A stretch of 64,000 nucleotides of DNA from an uncultured Natronomonas sp. (GTDB lineage: Archaea; Halobacteriota; Halobacteria; Halobacteriales; Haloarculaceae), in NCBI GenBank assembly GCA_964579035.1, contig CAZOFL010000001.1, positions 26,212-90,211 on the forward strand, written 5' to 3'. This document shows, in pieces, positions 31,560 to 41,134 of the stretch; the stretch's first letter is position 1, and each line of letters starts with the position of its first letter. Position numbers and translations under genes: made by a program. Below the pieces are notes generated by a model, which searched no databases, was not told the origin of the DNA, and was given only the letters and a program-made list of their open reading frames with translations.

Positions 31560-32645
31560 ATGTACGACGCAGTCGTCGTCGGCGCGGGACCGTCGGGGTC
31601 GCGCTTTGCACGCTCGGCCGCCGAGCGCGGGTGGCGCGTCCTCGTCCTCGAATCGGGCGAGATCGGCCGCCCGCTCGCCTGCTCGGGCCACGTTAGCCTC
31701 GACGTCTGGGAGTTCGTTCCCGACGCGGCCCGCGGGGAACTCCTCGAAAACGAGATCTACGGCGCACGGTTTCACCTCGGCGGGGCCGACAGCCCGGCGC
31801 ATCGGTTCCACAAGGAGACGGTCGTCTCGAACGCCATCGACCGTGTCGGCCTCGACCGGACGCTCGCCGACTGCGCCCGCGACGCCGGCGCCGAGATCCG
31901 GACGGGACATTCGGTGACGGGCGTCGAGGAGTTTCCGGATCGCGTCGAGATCACCGCCAGCGGCCCGGATGGCGTCGAGACGTTCGAGGCACGATTGGTC
32001 TGTGGGGCCGACGGCCCCCGCTCGAAGGTCCGACGCGCCGTCGGCCTCCCCGACCCCGGGGAACTGCTGCACGGCGTCTTGGGGTTTTCGGCCGAAACCG
32101 ACGACGACGATTTCGTCGACGTCCACCTGACCGTCCCGCGGTTTTTCGCCTGGCGGATCCCTCGGCAGACCGCCGGCGTCGAGTACGGCCTCGCGGTCGC
32201 CCCCGGCGACGACGCGCCGGGACGTTTCGAGGCGCTCGTCGACGACTACGGCGTCGAGATCGAACGTCGGTGCTCGGGAGCGATCCCGATCGGCCCGCCG
32301 GACCGGACGGTCGGCGAGCGGAGCTTTCTCGTCGGCGACGCCGCCGGCCAGACGAAGCCCTTCACCGGCGGCGGCATCCTGTATGGGATGCGCGCGGCCG
32401 ACATCGCCGCCCGCGAGATCGATCCCGAGCGCCCGGCGACGCTGCACCGGTACGAACACGCCTGGCGCTCGGAGTTGGGCGGCGACCAGACGATCGGCAA
32501 ACTCATCCGGGCCGGCTACTCGCTCCCCCGGCCGGTCCAGCGGGCCGGCATGCGGGCGTTCGCCGGCGAGATCGGCGTCCACATGGACCGGCCGACCTCG
32601 CTGTTCTCGCGGGCACAACTCCGGGCGATGGTGTCGTGGGGCTGA
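31560..32645 (+). CDS. Geranylgeranyl reductase-family FAD-dependent oxidoreductase
   Basis: VVGAGPSG, PLACSG, GADG, LVGDAAGQTKPFTGGGI. Confidence 0.88.
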   Translation: MYDAVVVGAGPSGSRFARSAAERGWRVLVLESGEIGRPLACSGHVSLDVWEFVPDAARGELLENEIYGARFHLGGADSPAHRFHKETVVSNAIDRVGLDRTLADCARDAGAEIRTGHSVTGVEEFPDRVEITASGPDGVETFEARLVCGADGPRSKVRRAVGLPDPGELLHGVLGFSAETDDDDFVDVHLTVPRFFAWRIPRQTAGVEYGLAVAPGDDAPGRFEALVDDYGVEIERRCSGAIPIGPPDRTVGERSFLVGDAAGQTKPFTGGGILYGMRAADIAAREIDPERPATLHRYEHAWRSELGGDQTIGKLIRAGYSLPRPVQRAGMRAFAGEIGVHMDRPTSLFSRAQLRAMVSWG

Positions 32646-32697
32646 CCACTCCCCCGCGAGGAGCGCCCCCGACGCCCCGCTCTCGGGAGGCCCCGTC

Positions 32698-33255
32698 GTG
32701 ACTCGACACACTGAGGGCCCGTTCCGCGTGCTCCCCGGCCGAGCCGACGACGAGTGGCTCCTCCTCGACGTGAACTCCGCGGATCCGGCCTACGTTCCGC
32801 GGTCGTCGCTTCCGGAGGTCGCGGTCGGCAACCTGCTCTCCGGGGACCTCTCGTGGGACGGCGAGGAGCCGTCGATCGCCGACCCGGTCGTCCGGAGCGA
32901 GACCCGGTTTCGGTTCCGCCGGACCGACGAACCGATCTTCGAGGCCGCCCGGACCTGCTTCGAGACCGCGCGTGCCGACGGCGAGGCGATGAACTCGCGG
33001 GTGACCTACGACACCGATCGCAACCCCAACGGGGTCGTCTACACCTTCGCCGCCCAGCCCGGAAGCCGCGCCCTCTACGCCGAGTTCCGCGACGGGAGCA
33101 AACCGCTCGATCCGCTCGTGGCCCGCGCGGGGGAGGGCTCCGAGCCCCCGTTTTCGGTGTGGGTACTCGAAAGCGACGAGCCGTTCGTCGTCGTCTACAT
33201 CGTCCTCGACCCCGACGGGCTGTTGGAACGGACGATGGCCGACACGTACGGGTGA
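32698..33255 (+). CDS. Conserved haloarchaeal hypothetical protein
   Basis: Acidic ORF with GTG start; MNSRVTYDTD, GVVYTFA, EFRDGSKPLDPL. Confidence 0.7.
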   Translation: MTRHTEGPFRVLPGRADDEWLLLDVNSADPAYVPRSSLPEVAVGNLLSGDLSWDGEEPSIADPVVRSETRFRFRRTDEPIFEAARTCFETARADGEAMNSRVTYDTDRNPNGVVYTFAAQPGSRALYAEFRDGSKPLDPLVARAGEGSEPPFSVWVLESDEPFVVVYIVLDPDGLLERTMADTYG

Positions 33256-33270
33256 GGCGGGCCGGCGGGC

Positions 33271-33756
33271 TCAGATCGGCAGCGAGATCCGTTCGGCTAC
33301 CTCGTCGTACGCCGCAGACCACACCGACAGCGACTCGACCGTCCAGCGTCGGGGGTCGACGGTTCGGTCGGCGAGGCGGTCGGCGTCGCCGCCGCGGGCG
33401 ACCGTGAGATGCGGGGTGTAGTCGTCGCCCTCGATCCCCTCGATCGGATCGAACGCCGCACAGAGTTCGTGGTGGAGTTCGACGAGCCGAGGCGAGTCGA
33501 CCCGGAGATACGCGACCGGGCCGGTGCCCATCGGGGGGTTCCGGAACACGCCGATCTCGGAGACTTGGACCTCGAACGGGCCCGCTCCCGACAGTTCGGC
33601 TCTGATCCGGCGGGCGAACGTGGCCGGAGGGCCGTCCCCGAGGCGTTTGAGGACGATGCCGTGGCGATCCCTGGGGGTCGCCGAGCGGCACTCGCTCGCC
33701 AGCCCCCGGGCCAGCCGCGAGACTTCGCTCGGAACCGCGACGTTACAGCTGTACAC
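33271..33756 (-). CDS. 2H phosphoesterase / 2'-5' RNA ligase family protein
   Basis: YTPHLTVARG (HxT motif); first motif degenerate (RHGIVLKRL). Confidence 0.82.
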   Translation of the reverse strand: MYSCNVAVPSEVSRLARGLASECRSATPRDRHGIVLKRLGDGPPATFARRIRAELSGAGPFEVQVSEIGVFRNPPMGTGPVAYLRVDSPRLVELHHELCAAFDPIEGIEGDDYTPHLTVARGGDADRLADRTVDPRRWTVESLSVWSAAYDEVAERISLPI

Positions 33757-33935
33757 TAGATGTAGTCGAGGAAGTACGCGACAATGAGTACGACGATAAC
33801 GATCGCGATGATGGGGCTGATCGACCCGAGGATACTGATAAACCGGCCGACGACCTCGAGGGCGAGAAGCGCGATCACGAGCACGAGCACGATCTTGAGC
33901 AGGTTCTCGACGTCGAGTTCGGCCCTATCGAGCAT
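33756..33935 (-). CDS. Small membrane protein, 59 aa
   Basis: MLDRAELDVENLLKIVLVLVIALL...; TAGTG coupling to the 2H gene start. Confidence 0.7.
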   Translation of the reverse strand: MLDRAELDVENLLKIVLVLVIALLALEVVGRFISILGSISPIIAIVIVVLIVAYFLDYI

Positions 33936-33996
33936 ACGTCGTGGTCGGGATGCCCCGATAAAAAGCACTCCGGCCGATCCGACGCCCCTCCTGCGG

Positions 33997-34940
33997 TCAC
34001 GCCTCGTCGAACAGCGTCTCGCCGTCGACCATGTGCTCGGCGACGACGTCGAGGTCGAGAGTCACACCCAGACCCGGTTTCTCGGGCACCGCAATGCGGC
34101 CGTCCTCGATGACCGTCCCCTCGACGAGGTCGGCCCACCACGGGAGTTCGTAGCTGTGGTACTCGACAGCCAGCGAGTTCGGAATCGCCGCCGCGACGTG
34201 GGCGCTGGCCATCGTCCCGACCGGCGAGGAGACGTTGTGCATCGCAACCGGCACGTAGTACTGGTTTGCGACGTCGGCTATCTTGCGCGTCTCCCGCATT
34301 CCGCCGACCTTCGGGAGGTCCGGCGCGACGATATCGACCGCCTGGTTCTCGAGTAGCCGACGGTGCTCGGTCACCCGATACCGGTTCTCGCCGGCGGCGA
34401 TCGTCGTCGTCGTGGCGTTCGTGATCCGCTCTTGGACGTCGAGGTTCTCCGGCGGGATCGGGTCCTCGAGCCACCAGACGTCGTAGGGCTCCAGCGCGTC
34501 CGCGAGCCGTCTCGCGGAGTCACCGGAGAACGACCAGTGACAGTCGAAGGCCACGTCGGCGCGGTCTCTTACGCGCTCCGTGACGCGCTCGACGATGTCG
34601 GCCTTGTGGCGAATCGCGCCGGGTCGGAGGTGCCGGTTTGCCCGATCCGTCTCGAAGCCGGAGGGCACGTCGAGATCGAACTTCAGCGCGTCGTAACCCA
34701 GTTCCTCGACGACGCGTTCGGCCTCGTCGGCACAGGCCTCCGAATCGGCCTCCTCGGCGGTGTGGCAGTCACAGTACACCCGGACCTCGTCGCGGTACTT
34801 CCCGCCGAGCAACTGGTAGGCCGGCACGTCGAGGAGCTTTCCGGCGAGATCGTGCAGCGCCGTCTCGATCCCGGAGATCGCGGTGACGGTGACGCCCTCG
34901 ATCGAGCCCTCTCCCGACATATTCTGGACGAGATGCTCGA
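33997..34940 (-). pseudogene. 5'-truncated mandelate racemase/muconate lactonizing-family acid-sugar dehydratase
   Basis: ISGIETALHDLAGK, PAYQLLGG, ALKFD, DCHW, WLEDP, GEN, KPGLG present; the N-terminal part before EHLVQNMSGEG is replaced by USP antisense sequence. Confidence 0.8.
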
Positions 34941-35296
34941 CAGTCGCGCTCGCGCACGTCTTCGCGGCGGACGAATACGACGATGTTCGCGCCGAACTGG
35001 ATTCGGATCCCGACAGCGAACTGACCCCCGACGACGTGGCGAAACGGTACACGGCCATTCACGCACTGGGCGACGTGATGTCGGACAGCGACATCGAGTT
35101 CACGTGTCACGGCCGCCTGAGCGACGAAACGACGGCGGGCGAACGCATCGTCGAACTCGTCGAGGAACTGGACGCGGATCTCGTCGTCGTCGGTGGTCGA
35201 AAGCGCAGTCCGACCGGGAAAGCCGTCTTCGGATCGGTCGCACAGGAAGTGTTGCTCAACTCGCCCCGTCCGGTGACGTTCGTCCGCGGGGACTGA
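34938..35296 (+). pseudogene. 5'-truncated universal stress protein
   Basis: TVALAHVF...ADLVVVGGRKRSPTGKAVFGSVAQEVLLNSPRPVTFVR; first strand/helix and a plausible start codon are missing. Confidence 0.8.
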
Positions 35297-35386
35297 TTAG
35301 CTGATAGCAGGCGCTAAGTACGGTCTTCCGCGGGAGTCAATCGGCCACAGTCACCCGCGAGGACCGGTCGATTCGGGCCCTATACT

Positions 35387-36490
35387 TCAGCCGAAGTACG
35401 CCGCAAGCCGCTCTGCGGCCTCCTCGGCCCGCGGCGTCACCACGGCGAAGCGGAGCCACTCGCTTCGGGAATCGCCGAACGCCTCCCCGGGCATACCGGC
35501 GACGCCGGCCTCGTCGATCAGCCGTTCGGTGTTCTCGAGCGTCCCCGGATAGCCCTCGAAGCGGGCCATCACGTAGAACCCGCCCTCGGGACGTGTGTAC
35601 TCCGCGCCCGCCGCATCGAGCGCCGCACAGAACGTCCCGATCCGCTCGTCGAGCCGCTCCCGGTTGCGCTCGTAGTACGACTCGGGGGTGGCTTTCAGTG
35701 CGTCGAGCACCGCCCGCTGGGCCGGCCGCGATCCGGCGACGTTGACGAGCATGTGGCGAGTCCGAACCCTCTCGATCAGCCGCTCCGGGAAGACCCCGTA
35801 GCCGACCCGGAACCCGGTGATCGCCATCGACTTCGAAAACGAGTTCGTGACGACGACGCTGTCGGAGTCGAACGACAACGCGCTCTCGAAAGCCCCGTCC
35901 TCGTAGACGAACCGATCGTACACCTCGTCGGAGAGCAACAGGGCGCCGTGGGACTCGGCGATTCCGACGAGTTCGCGCTTGAACTCCCGGCCGTAAACAG
36001 CGCCAGTGGGGTTGTTCGGCGAGTTGACCACGATCGCCGCGGTGTCGTCGTTCGTCGCTCGACGGACCGCGTCGGGATCGAGGCTACCGTCCGGTTCGGC
36101 CGCGACGAGTCGGGGCGTGCCCCCGAGCAGTTCGGTCCGGTCGTGGTAGTAGGGGTACACCGGATCGGCCATGACGATCTCGTCGCCCCCGGCTTCGAGT
36201 GCGCTCGCCATCGCGAGGTAGTTCGCCTCGCCGGCCCCGTTCGTGACGACGACGCGGTCGACATCGACGCCGTTCCGCTCGGCGATCGCCGCCCGAAGAT
36301 CCGCGAGTCCGTCGCTCGGTGGGTACTGGAACGCGTCGACACCGGCGTCGGCGTACCGCTTCAGCCCGGCTCGGACCGCCGACGGCGGCTCCCAGTCGGG
36401 GTTGCCAGACACCATGTCGACGACGTCGCGGTCGGCGTCGGCCGCGTACGCCATCAGGTGGAAAAAGAGCGGCCGGTCGTGGTCGTCCAT
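35387..36490 (-). CDS. PLP-dependent aminotransferase class I/II
   Basis: VTNGAGEA, NSPNNPTG, SDEVY, NSFSKSMAITGFRVGY, PEGGFY. Confidence 0.94.
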   Translation of the reverse strand: MDDHDRPLFFHLMAYAADADRDVVDMVSGNPDWEPPSAVRAGLKRYADAGVDAFQYPPSDGLADLRAAIAERNGVDVDRVVVTNGAGEANYLAMASALEAGGDEIVMADPVYPYYHDRTELLGGTPRLVAAEPDGSLDPDAVRRATNDDTAAIVVNSPNNPTGAVYGREFKRELVGIAESHGALLLSDEVYDRFVYEDGAFESALSFDSDSVVVTNSFSKSMAITGFRVGYGVFPERLIERVRTRHMLVNVAGSRPAQRAVLDALKATPESYYERNRERLDERIGTFCAALDAAGAEYTRPEGGFYVMARFEGYPGTLENTERLIDEAGVAGMPGEAFGDSRSEWLRFAVVTPRAEEAAERLAAYFG

Positions 36491-36549
36491 GCCCGGTTTG
36501 GGGGGAGCGTGTAGGTCGATCTGTCGATTTCCGATCTTTTTCTCCGTCG

Positions 36550-36709
36550 GGGTCGCCCGCTGCGACCCGCTCCTCGAAAAACATCCTCAGAAGTCGGAGA
36601 CTTCTGATGGGCTGCGGTAGAGTTTCGCTCTACCGAACGTCGATGAAAAAGGCCGACGGCTCGCTCCGCTCGCCGTCGGCGACCCGCATCCTCGCGTCGC
36701 TCGGATGCG
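36550..36709. repeat. Intergenic cluster of four short inverted repeats (REP/MITE-like)
   Basis: GGGTCGC-n5-GCGACCC; TCAGAAGTC-GGA-GACTTCTGA; GACGGC-TCGCTCCGCTC-GCCGTC; CGCATCC-TCGCGTCGCTC-GGATGCG. Confidence 0.75.
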
Positions 36710-36714
36710 GACAG

Positions 36715-37707
36715 CTACGCCAACGGCGTTCGTTCCACGACCGTCCCGTCATAGGTCGGGTACTGCTCGACGATCTCGCCGCGCTCGACGTCGCCCTCCT
36801 CGATCATCTCCTCGAGGAGCCACCACGCCAACTCGACGTGGTCGGATTTGACGGCGTAGAACTCCTCGGGCACGCCGAGGTCGGCCAACCGTGCCTCGGT
36901 CTCCCACGTCTTCCCGTAGACGATCGTCCCGTCGTCGGTGATCTCGTCGAACTCCCGGCCGATCGTTCTGGCCATCCGCTTCAGCCGCGAGCGGTGCTGG
37001 GCGGCGTCCTTGAACACGCTCGTACAGAAGTACACCTTCTCGTGGTCGCCCATCACCTCCAGAATATCGTGTGACCCCTCGACGGCCGACATGTGGCCCT
37101 CCTTCAGTTCGAAGCCCTGCTCCTGCATCCGTCGGTAGTTGCCGTCGGACATCTCGAACTCGTTGATGTTACAGAAGTCGGCGGCCCCCTCGTCGAGGAA
37201 CTCCAGAAACTCGGGTTCGGCGCGGATACCGGGAATCTCGAAGGCGGGCGTGAGCCCCTCCTCGCGGGCGACGTGGAGGATCTCCTCCCACTCGGTGCCG
37301 TGGAGCTCGCCCCACTGCTCGTAGGGCGGGTGGAATCGGATCTCGTCGAGGCCGGCCTCGGCGAGCCGGCGCATGTTCCGTCGCCCGCCCGTGATGCCCG
37401 TATATAAATGAGTGTGGTGGTCCTCGCCGAACTCTTTCTTGAGGAGGCTGAGATACCGGCAGGTTCGCTCCATCGCCTCCTGGGGTTCGCCGCCCGTGAT
37501 CGACGTGCCGAGCGCTTCCATCCGCTTTGCCTCCTCGATCACGTCCGCGTCGCTCTCGACAGGGCGTTCGTTGGCGTACACCTGTGTGACGTTCTTGCGG
37601 TTCTCGCCGAGCGGACAATAAAAACAGTCGCGCTGGTCGCAGTAGCCGTAGACGAAAAGCACCATCTTCCCCCCGACGGCGCACTGTTCGCAGCCCTTCG
37701 AGATCAT
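36715..37707 (-). CDS. Radical SAM protein (COG2108-like)
   Basis: GCEQCAVGGKMVLFVYGYCDQRDCFYCPL, SITGGEP, HLYT, LDEIRFHP. Confidence 0.9.
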   Translation of the reverse strand: MISKGCEQCAVGGKMVLFVYGYCDQRDCFYCPLGENRKNVTQVYANERPVESDADVIEEAKRMEALGTSITGGEPQEAMERTCRYLSLLKKEFGEDHHTHLYTGITGGRRNMRRLAEAGLDEIRFHPPYEQWGELHGTEWEEILHVAREEGLTPAFEIPGIRAEPEFLEFLDEGAADFCNINEFEMSDGNYRRMQEQGFELKEGHMSAVEGSHDILEVMGDHEKVYFCTSVFKDAAQHRSRLKRMARTIGREFDEITDDGTIVYGKTWETEARLADLGVPEEFYAVKSDHVELAWWLLEEMIEEGDVERGEIVEQYPTYDGTVVERTPLA

Positions 37708-37849
37708 TCGTTATCCTCGTTTATCCGCCGAGACGCAAAAGTCGTGCGTTCCTGCCCGCGTTCGCCGATCGAACGGACACGCGAAAACGGTCCGGCGGCG
37801 GCACCGCCGAAACCGTTACTCCATCCGGCCCCGGAAGCCCGAACGGACC

Positions 37850-38107
37850 ATGACCGATCACGCCCAACCCGCCGACGAGCCGTACGCGGTCGGGGACCGC
37901 GTCCGGGTTCGAACCGCCGATCCCGACGCCGAAAGCGAGTTCGATGGCCGTACGTGTCGCGTCGAGCACGTGTTCACCGACGGACCGGATGCCACCGAGG
38001 ACGGCCGCGAGACGGCCCGGGCGGCCTACCGGCTGACGGACGCCGAGACCGGCGACCCGTTCCCGGTCGTGTTTCGCCACCGCGATCTGGTTCGGGCCGA
38101 CGGATAG
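37850..38107 (+). CDS. Small acidic hypothetical protein (SH3/KOW-like beta pattern)
   Basis: YAVGDRVRV...GRTCRVEHV...FRHRDLV. Confidence 0.7.
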   Translation: MTDHAQPADEPYAVGDRVRVRTADPDAESEFDGRTCRVEHVFTDGPDATEDGRETARAAYRLTDAETGDPFPVVFRHRDLVRADG

Positions 38108-38116
38108 GGTGGCGCC

Positions 38117-38554
38117 CTACAGGTCCTCGAAGAACGCCTCGACCAACTCGCCGGTGTCCTCGACGATCGAGGCCCACGCGTCGTTGTCGGGGGCCATCCC
38201 GACGAGCCGTCCGATCTTCATGATCGAGACGTGATACACGCGCTGGACGCCGGGTTCCTCCTGCCAGATCACGAAGTTACACGGGAACAGCGCGCCCTGC
38301 TTGAGCGTCTCGTCGAGCGCGCGGTCGGCCATCCGTGGATTGCACGCGCCCAACACGTAGTAGGGGTCGCGGTCCGCGTCGACCTTCTCGTTGAGCAACT
38401 CGGAGGGCGAAAACTCCACTGGAACGCCGAAGCCGGCCGCTTCGGCCGTCTCGCGGACGTGTTCGACGGCGGCTTCGTGGCCCATCTCGAGGGTCGCCTG
38501 CTTTTCACCGATGTCGTCTGCGCCGAGTTCCGAGGGATCGAACGCGAGGCTCAT
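38117..38554 (-). CDS. DUF302 domain protein
   Basis: GFGV, YYVLGACNPRMADRAL, LFPCNFVI. Confidence 0.88.
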   Translation of the reverse strand: MSLAFDPSELGADDIGEKQATLEMGHEAAVEHVRETAEAAGFGVPVEFSPSELLNEKVDADRDPYYVLGACNPRMADRALDETLKQGALFPCNFVIWQEEPGVQRVYHVSIMKIGRLVGMAPDNDAWASIVEDTGELVEAFFEDL

Positions 38555-38623
38555 ACCGAAGTATGGATGCCGGTCCGCAAAAACTGTCCGGTCGTGGCGG
38601 CCACGCCGTATTCTCCGAAGTGA

Positions 38624-39016
38624 CTAAACGTCGTCGGGCGTTTCCGCGTCGTCCTCGACCGCCCGCTTCATCGACTCGCGACGCGATTTCGCGTCGCGGC
38701 CGGTGCACTCGAGGAGGAAGTCGTTCTTCGCGTTGTTCGCGTCGCCGGCGGCGTCGACGTCGCCCGTCTCCATCAGCGATTCGAGGTCGCGCTCCTCGAA
38801 GTGGACGGCGAGTTTGTCCTTCTTGCCGGAGTACTCGACGGCACCCGCGACGACCCGGGTGAACACCGGGTTGTCGGGTTCGCCGACGACGTAGAGGTCG
38901 CTGTCGTTGAACTCCTCGGTCCCGGTTATCGGCCCGAAGTACTCCTCGATCGTCGCCTCGAGGTCGGGGACGCGCTCTTCGAGATACTCCCCGCGCCGCA
39001 TCTTGTACTCTTCCAT
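38624..39016 (-). CDS. Conserved archaeal protein (DUF5611-like, from memory)
   Basis: MEEYKMRRG...KNDFLLECTGRDAKSRR. Confidence 0.8.
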   Translation of the reverse strand: MEEYKMRRGEYLEERVPDLEATIEEYFGPITGTEEFNDSDLYVVGEPDNPVFTRVVAGAVEYSGKKDKLAVHFEERDLESLMETGDVDAAGDANNAKNDFLLECTGRDAKSRRESMKRAVEDDAETPDDV

Positions 39017-39042
39017 ACCGATGGGTATCGGAATCCGGGGGT

Positions 39043-39723
39043 TTACTGGTTTCGTTCGGCTTCGAGCCACGCGCTGCACTCGGGGCAGGGGTCGCCGGCC
39101 CGGTAGCCGGAGTCGGCGCCCGTCTCGAAGCGACACTCGGGACAGACGATCTTGCCCTCGGGGACGGTGATCCCCGACAGCGACTCGTGATCGGGCGCGA
39201 GCGGCTCCGTCTCGTCCTCGTTCACCTCCAAGGACTCCGGCTCCGACTCCGGAGTGCCGTCGCCCGGCCACTCCCCGGGTTTTCGCTCCGGTTCGTCGTC
39301 GGTCAGGATCTCGGCATCCTCCTCGGCCGGGTCGGGCGGGTCCTCCGCGTAGTCTTCGCCCCTCGCGGGCGCGTCGTCGGCGTCAACCCCGCCGTGCGCC
39401 CCCATCGTATCCGACTCGCCCCCGTCGTCGACGCCGCTTCGCCCGACCGCACCGGCGATGCCGCCTGGCCCCGGGTCGCCGTTCGCGTCGGTCTCGCCCG
39501 CTTTCTCGCCGTCGCTTTCCCCGTCCTCGTCGAGTCCGACGTCGGCGGCGTCGACGACCGCGGCGACCTCCGTGCTCTCGGAGACGACCCGTTCGGTCCC
39601 GCAGCGCCGACACCGTTCGATCTCGCGCTCGGTGGTCACCACCTCGCTGCCCTGTTCCTCGCGTTCACGCTCTACCCCGGCGTCCTCGAAAGCGTGGCCG
39701 AGTATCGAACACTGTAGTCCCAT
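39043..39723 (-). CDS. Acidic protein with N- and C-terminal Zn-ribbon motifs
   Basis: CSILGH, CRRCG, CPECRF, CPECS separated by a low-complexity acidic linker. Confidence 0.8.
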   Translation of the reverse strand: MGLQCSILGHAFEDAGVEREREEQGSEVVTTEREIERCRRCGTERVVSESTEVAAVVDAADVGLDEDGESDGEKAGETDANGDPGPGGIAGAVGRSGVDDGGESDTMGAHGGVDADDAPARGEDYAEDPPDPAEEDAEILTDDEPERKPGEWPGDGTPESEPESLEVNEDETEPLAPDHESLSGITVPEGKIVCPECRFETGADSGYRAGDPCPECSAWLEAERNQ

Positions 39724-39801
39724 TACCGTCACGTGGCCGTGACGAAGGTATAAAACTTGAGTCCCGGCGGCCGCGAGCGAGGACCCTCCCGCGGGGATCC
39801 G

Positions 39802-40569
39802 TCAGTCCTCGAGGCGCTGCTGTCGCCACGTCGTCCGGTCGTACATCCGGTCGACCTCGCCCTCCTGTTGGCGGATCGCCGCGGCGGTGTTGAACAAAAA
39901 CGCGGCCACGAGGACCGTCCCGACGAGCCAGACGGCCTCGACGACCGACGCATCGACCGCGGCGACGCTCCCGAGCAGATCGGCAACGATGATGGCCACC
40001 ACACAGAGGATCGCGGGAAGCAGGTGACGCGTGATGGCCGAGAAGGTCGTCCCTTCGTGGGCGCGCGTCGTTCGGACGCCGTAGAAGACGGCCCACGCCG
40101 ACGCCCCGATCCAGCCGACGGCGACGACTGGGCGGGTCCACTCGCCGGCGGCGAAATACCCGATCCACCACGCCGCGACGAACCCGAGAATGAGGAGGCC
40201 GTCAACCCAGGCCGGTAACAGTCGAACGCCCTCGCCCGCCTCGTCCGCGTGATACATCGCCCGGATCCCGAGCGCGATAAACAGTATAAAGAACAGTACC
40301 GCGCCCTCGGTGAACGCGCCGAGCCACGCGTGGCCGGTCAGATCCGTCGCGATGCCCGCGATCCCGTAGACGGCGGCCGCGCCGATACCGACCGCGAGAT
40401 ACCCCCACTCGTATTCGAACCCCGACGCGAGAACGCGGCGAACGTAGACGGCGAGAAACACGAGCAGTATACCGGCCGCGACGGTGATCGAGGCGTATGC
40501 AAGCACCCTCGTGGCGAGGATCGTGCCGGCCGGATCCCCGCCGCCGACGAAGGGCGATGTCGTGCTCAT
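39802..40569 (-). CDS. Multi-pass (about 7 TM) membrane protein
   Basis: Hydrophobic ORF; FTEGAVLFFILFIALGIRAMY. Confidence 0.75.
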   Translation of the reverse strand: MSTTSPFVGGGDPAGTILATRVLAYASITVAAGILLVFLAVYVRRVLASGFEYEWGYLAVGIGAAAVYGIAGIATDLTGHAWLGAFTEGAVLFFILFIALGIRAMYHADEAGEGVRLLPAWVDGLLILGFVAAWWIGYFAAGEWTRPVVAVGWIGASAWAVFYGVRTTRAHEGTTFSAITRHLLPAILCVVAIIVADLLGSVAAVDASVVEAVWLVGTVLVAAFLFNTAAAIRQQEGEVDRMYDRTTWRQQRLED

Positions 40570-40764
40570 ACCCGGCGTACGCCGGCACGACTCATAGGTG
40601 TTCATCTCCCGTTCTCTGGGACACGTCGCCTCCACCCGCGGCGGCGATAGGGCGAGACCCGGGTCGTACGCGTGCCGCCGGCGTCCGTCCGCTCTCGGCG
40701 TTCGGATCCGTCACCGTCGGTGACGATACGCACTCTCAAGTCCGTGGCGGCACTACACCCCGGT

Positions 40765-41049
40765 GTGAACGACACCACGGGGCTCGACACCGGGGCGCTC
40801 CTCGCGGGGCTCGAACCGTTCGGCGGCGACGAGGCCGAGCGCCGGACGGTCGCACGACACGCCCGCGACCTCGACGACAGCGGCCGCTACGCCGAGGACG
40901 CCGACGTCGAACTCACGGCCGAACACGTCGTCGTTCAACTCGCCGACGCGCCGAGCGGCAGTCCGGCCGACCGATGGAACTGGTGGATCGGATCGCTCGA
41001 ACTCGCCTACGGCGGGTACGCCGAGTTTCAGATCCGCCGTCTCGAATAG
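40765..41049 (+). CDS. Small conserved hypothetical protein
   Basis: RRTVARHARDLDDSG...DRWNWWIGSLELAYGGY; GTG start. Confidence 0.72.
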   Translation: MNDTTGLDTGALLAGLEPFGGDEAERRTVARHARDLDDSGRYAEDADVELTAEHVVVQLADAPSGSPADRWNWWIGSLELAYGGYAEFQIRRLE

Positions 41050-41134
41050 CGACTCCGACCGCGTGGGGCGGGCATGTTCCCGCGAACGTGGACAAAGGAA
41101 TATTTTTAATACACCCGGCAATACTTGCTTAAAC

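Noticed and set aside
34883-35058. ORF-track starts for the dehydratase (35058) and USP (34883) as genuine overlapping genes
   Set aside because: Each extension is just the antisense of the other gene; homology stops at the junction near 34938.
36550-36709. Hairpin cluster as a CRISPR array or tRNA
   Set aside because: No identical direct repeats with regular spacers, no cas genes, and no cloverleaf or T-loop consensus.
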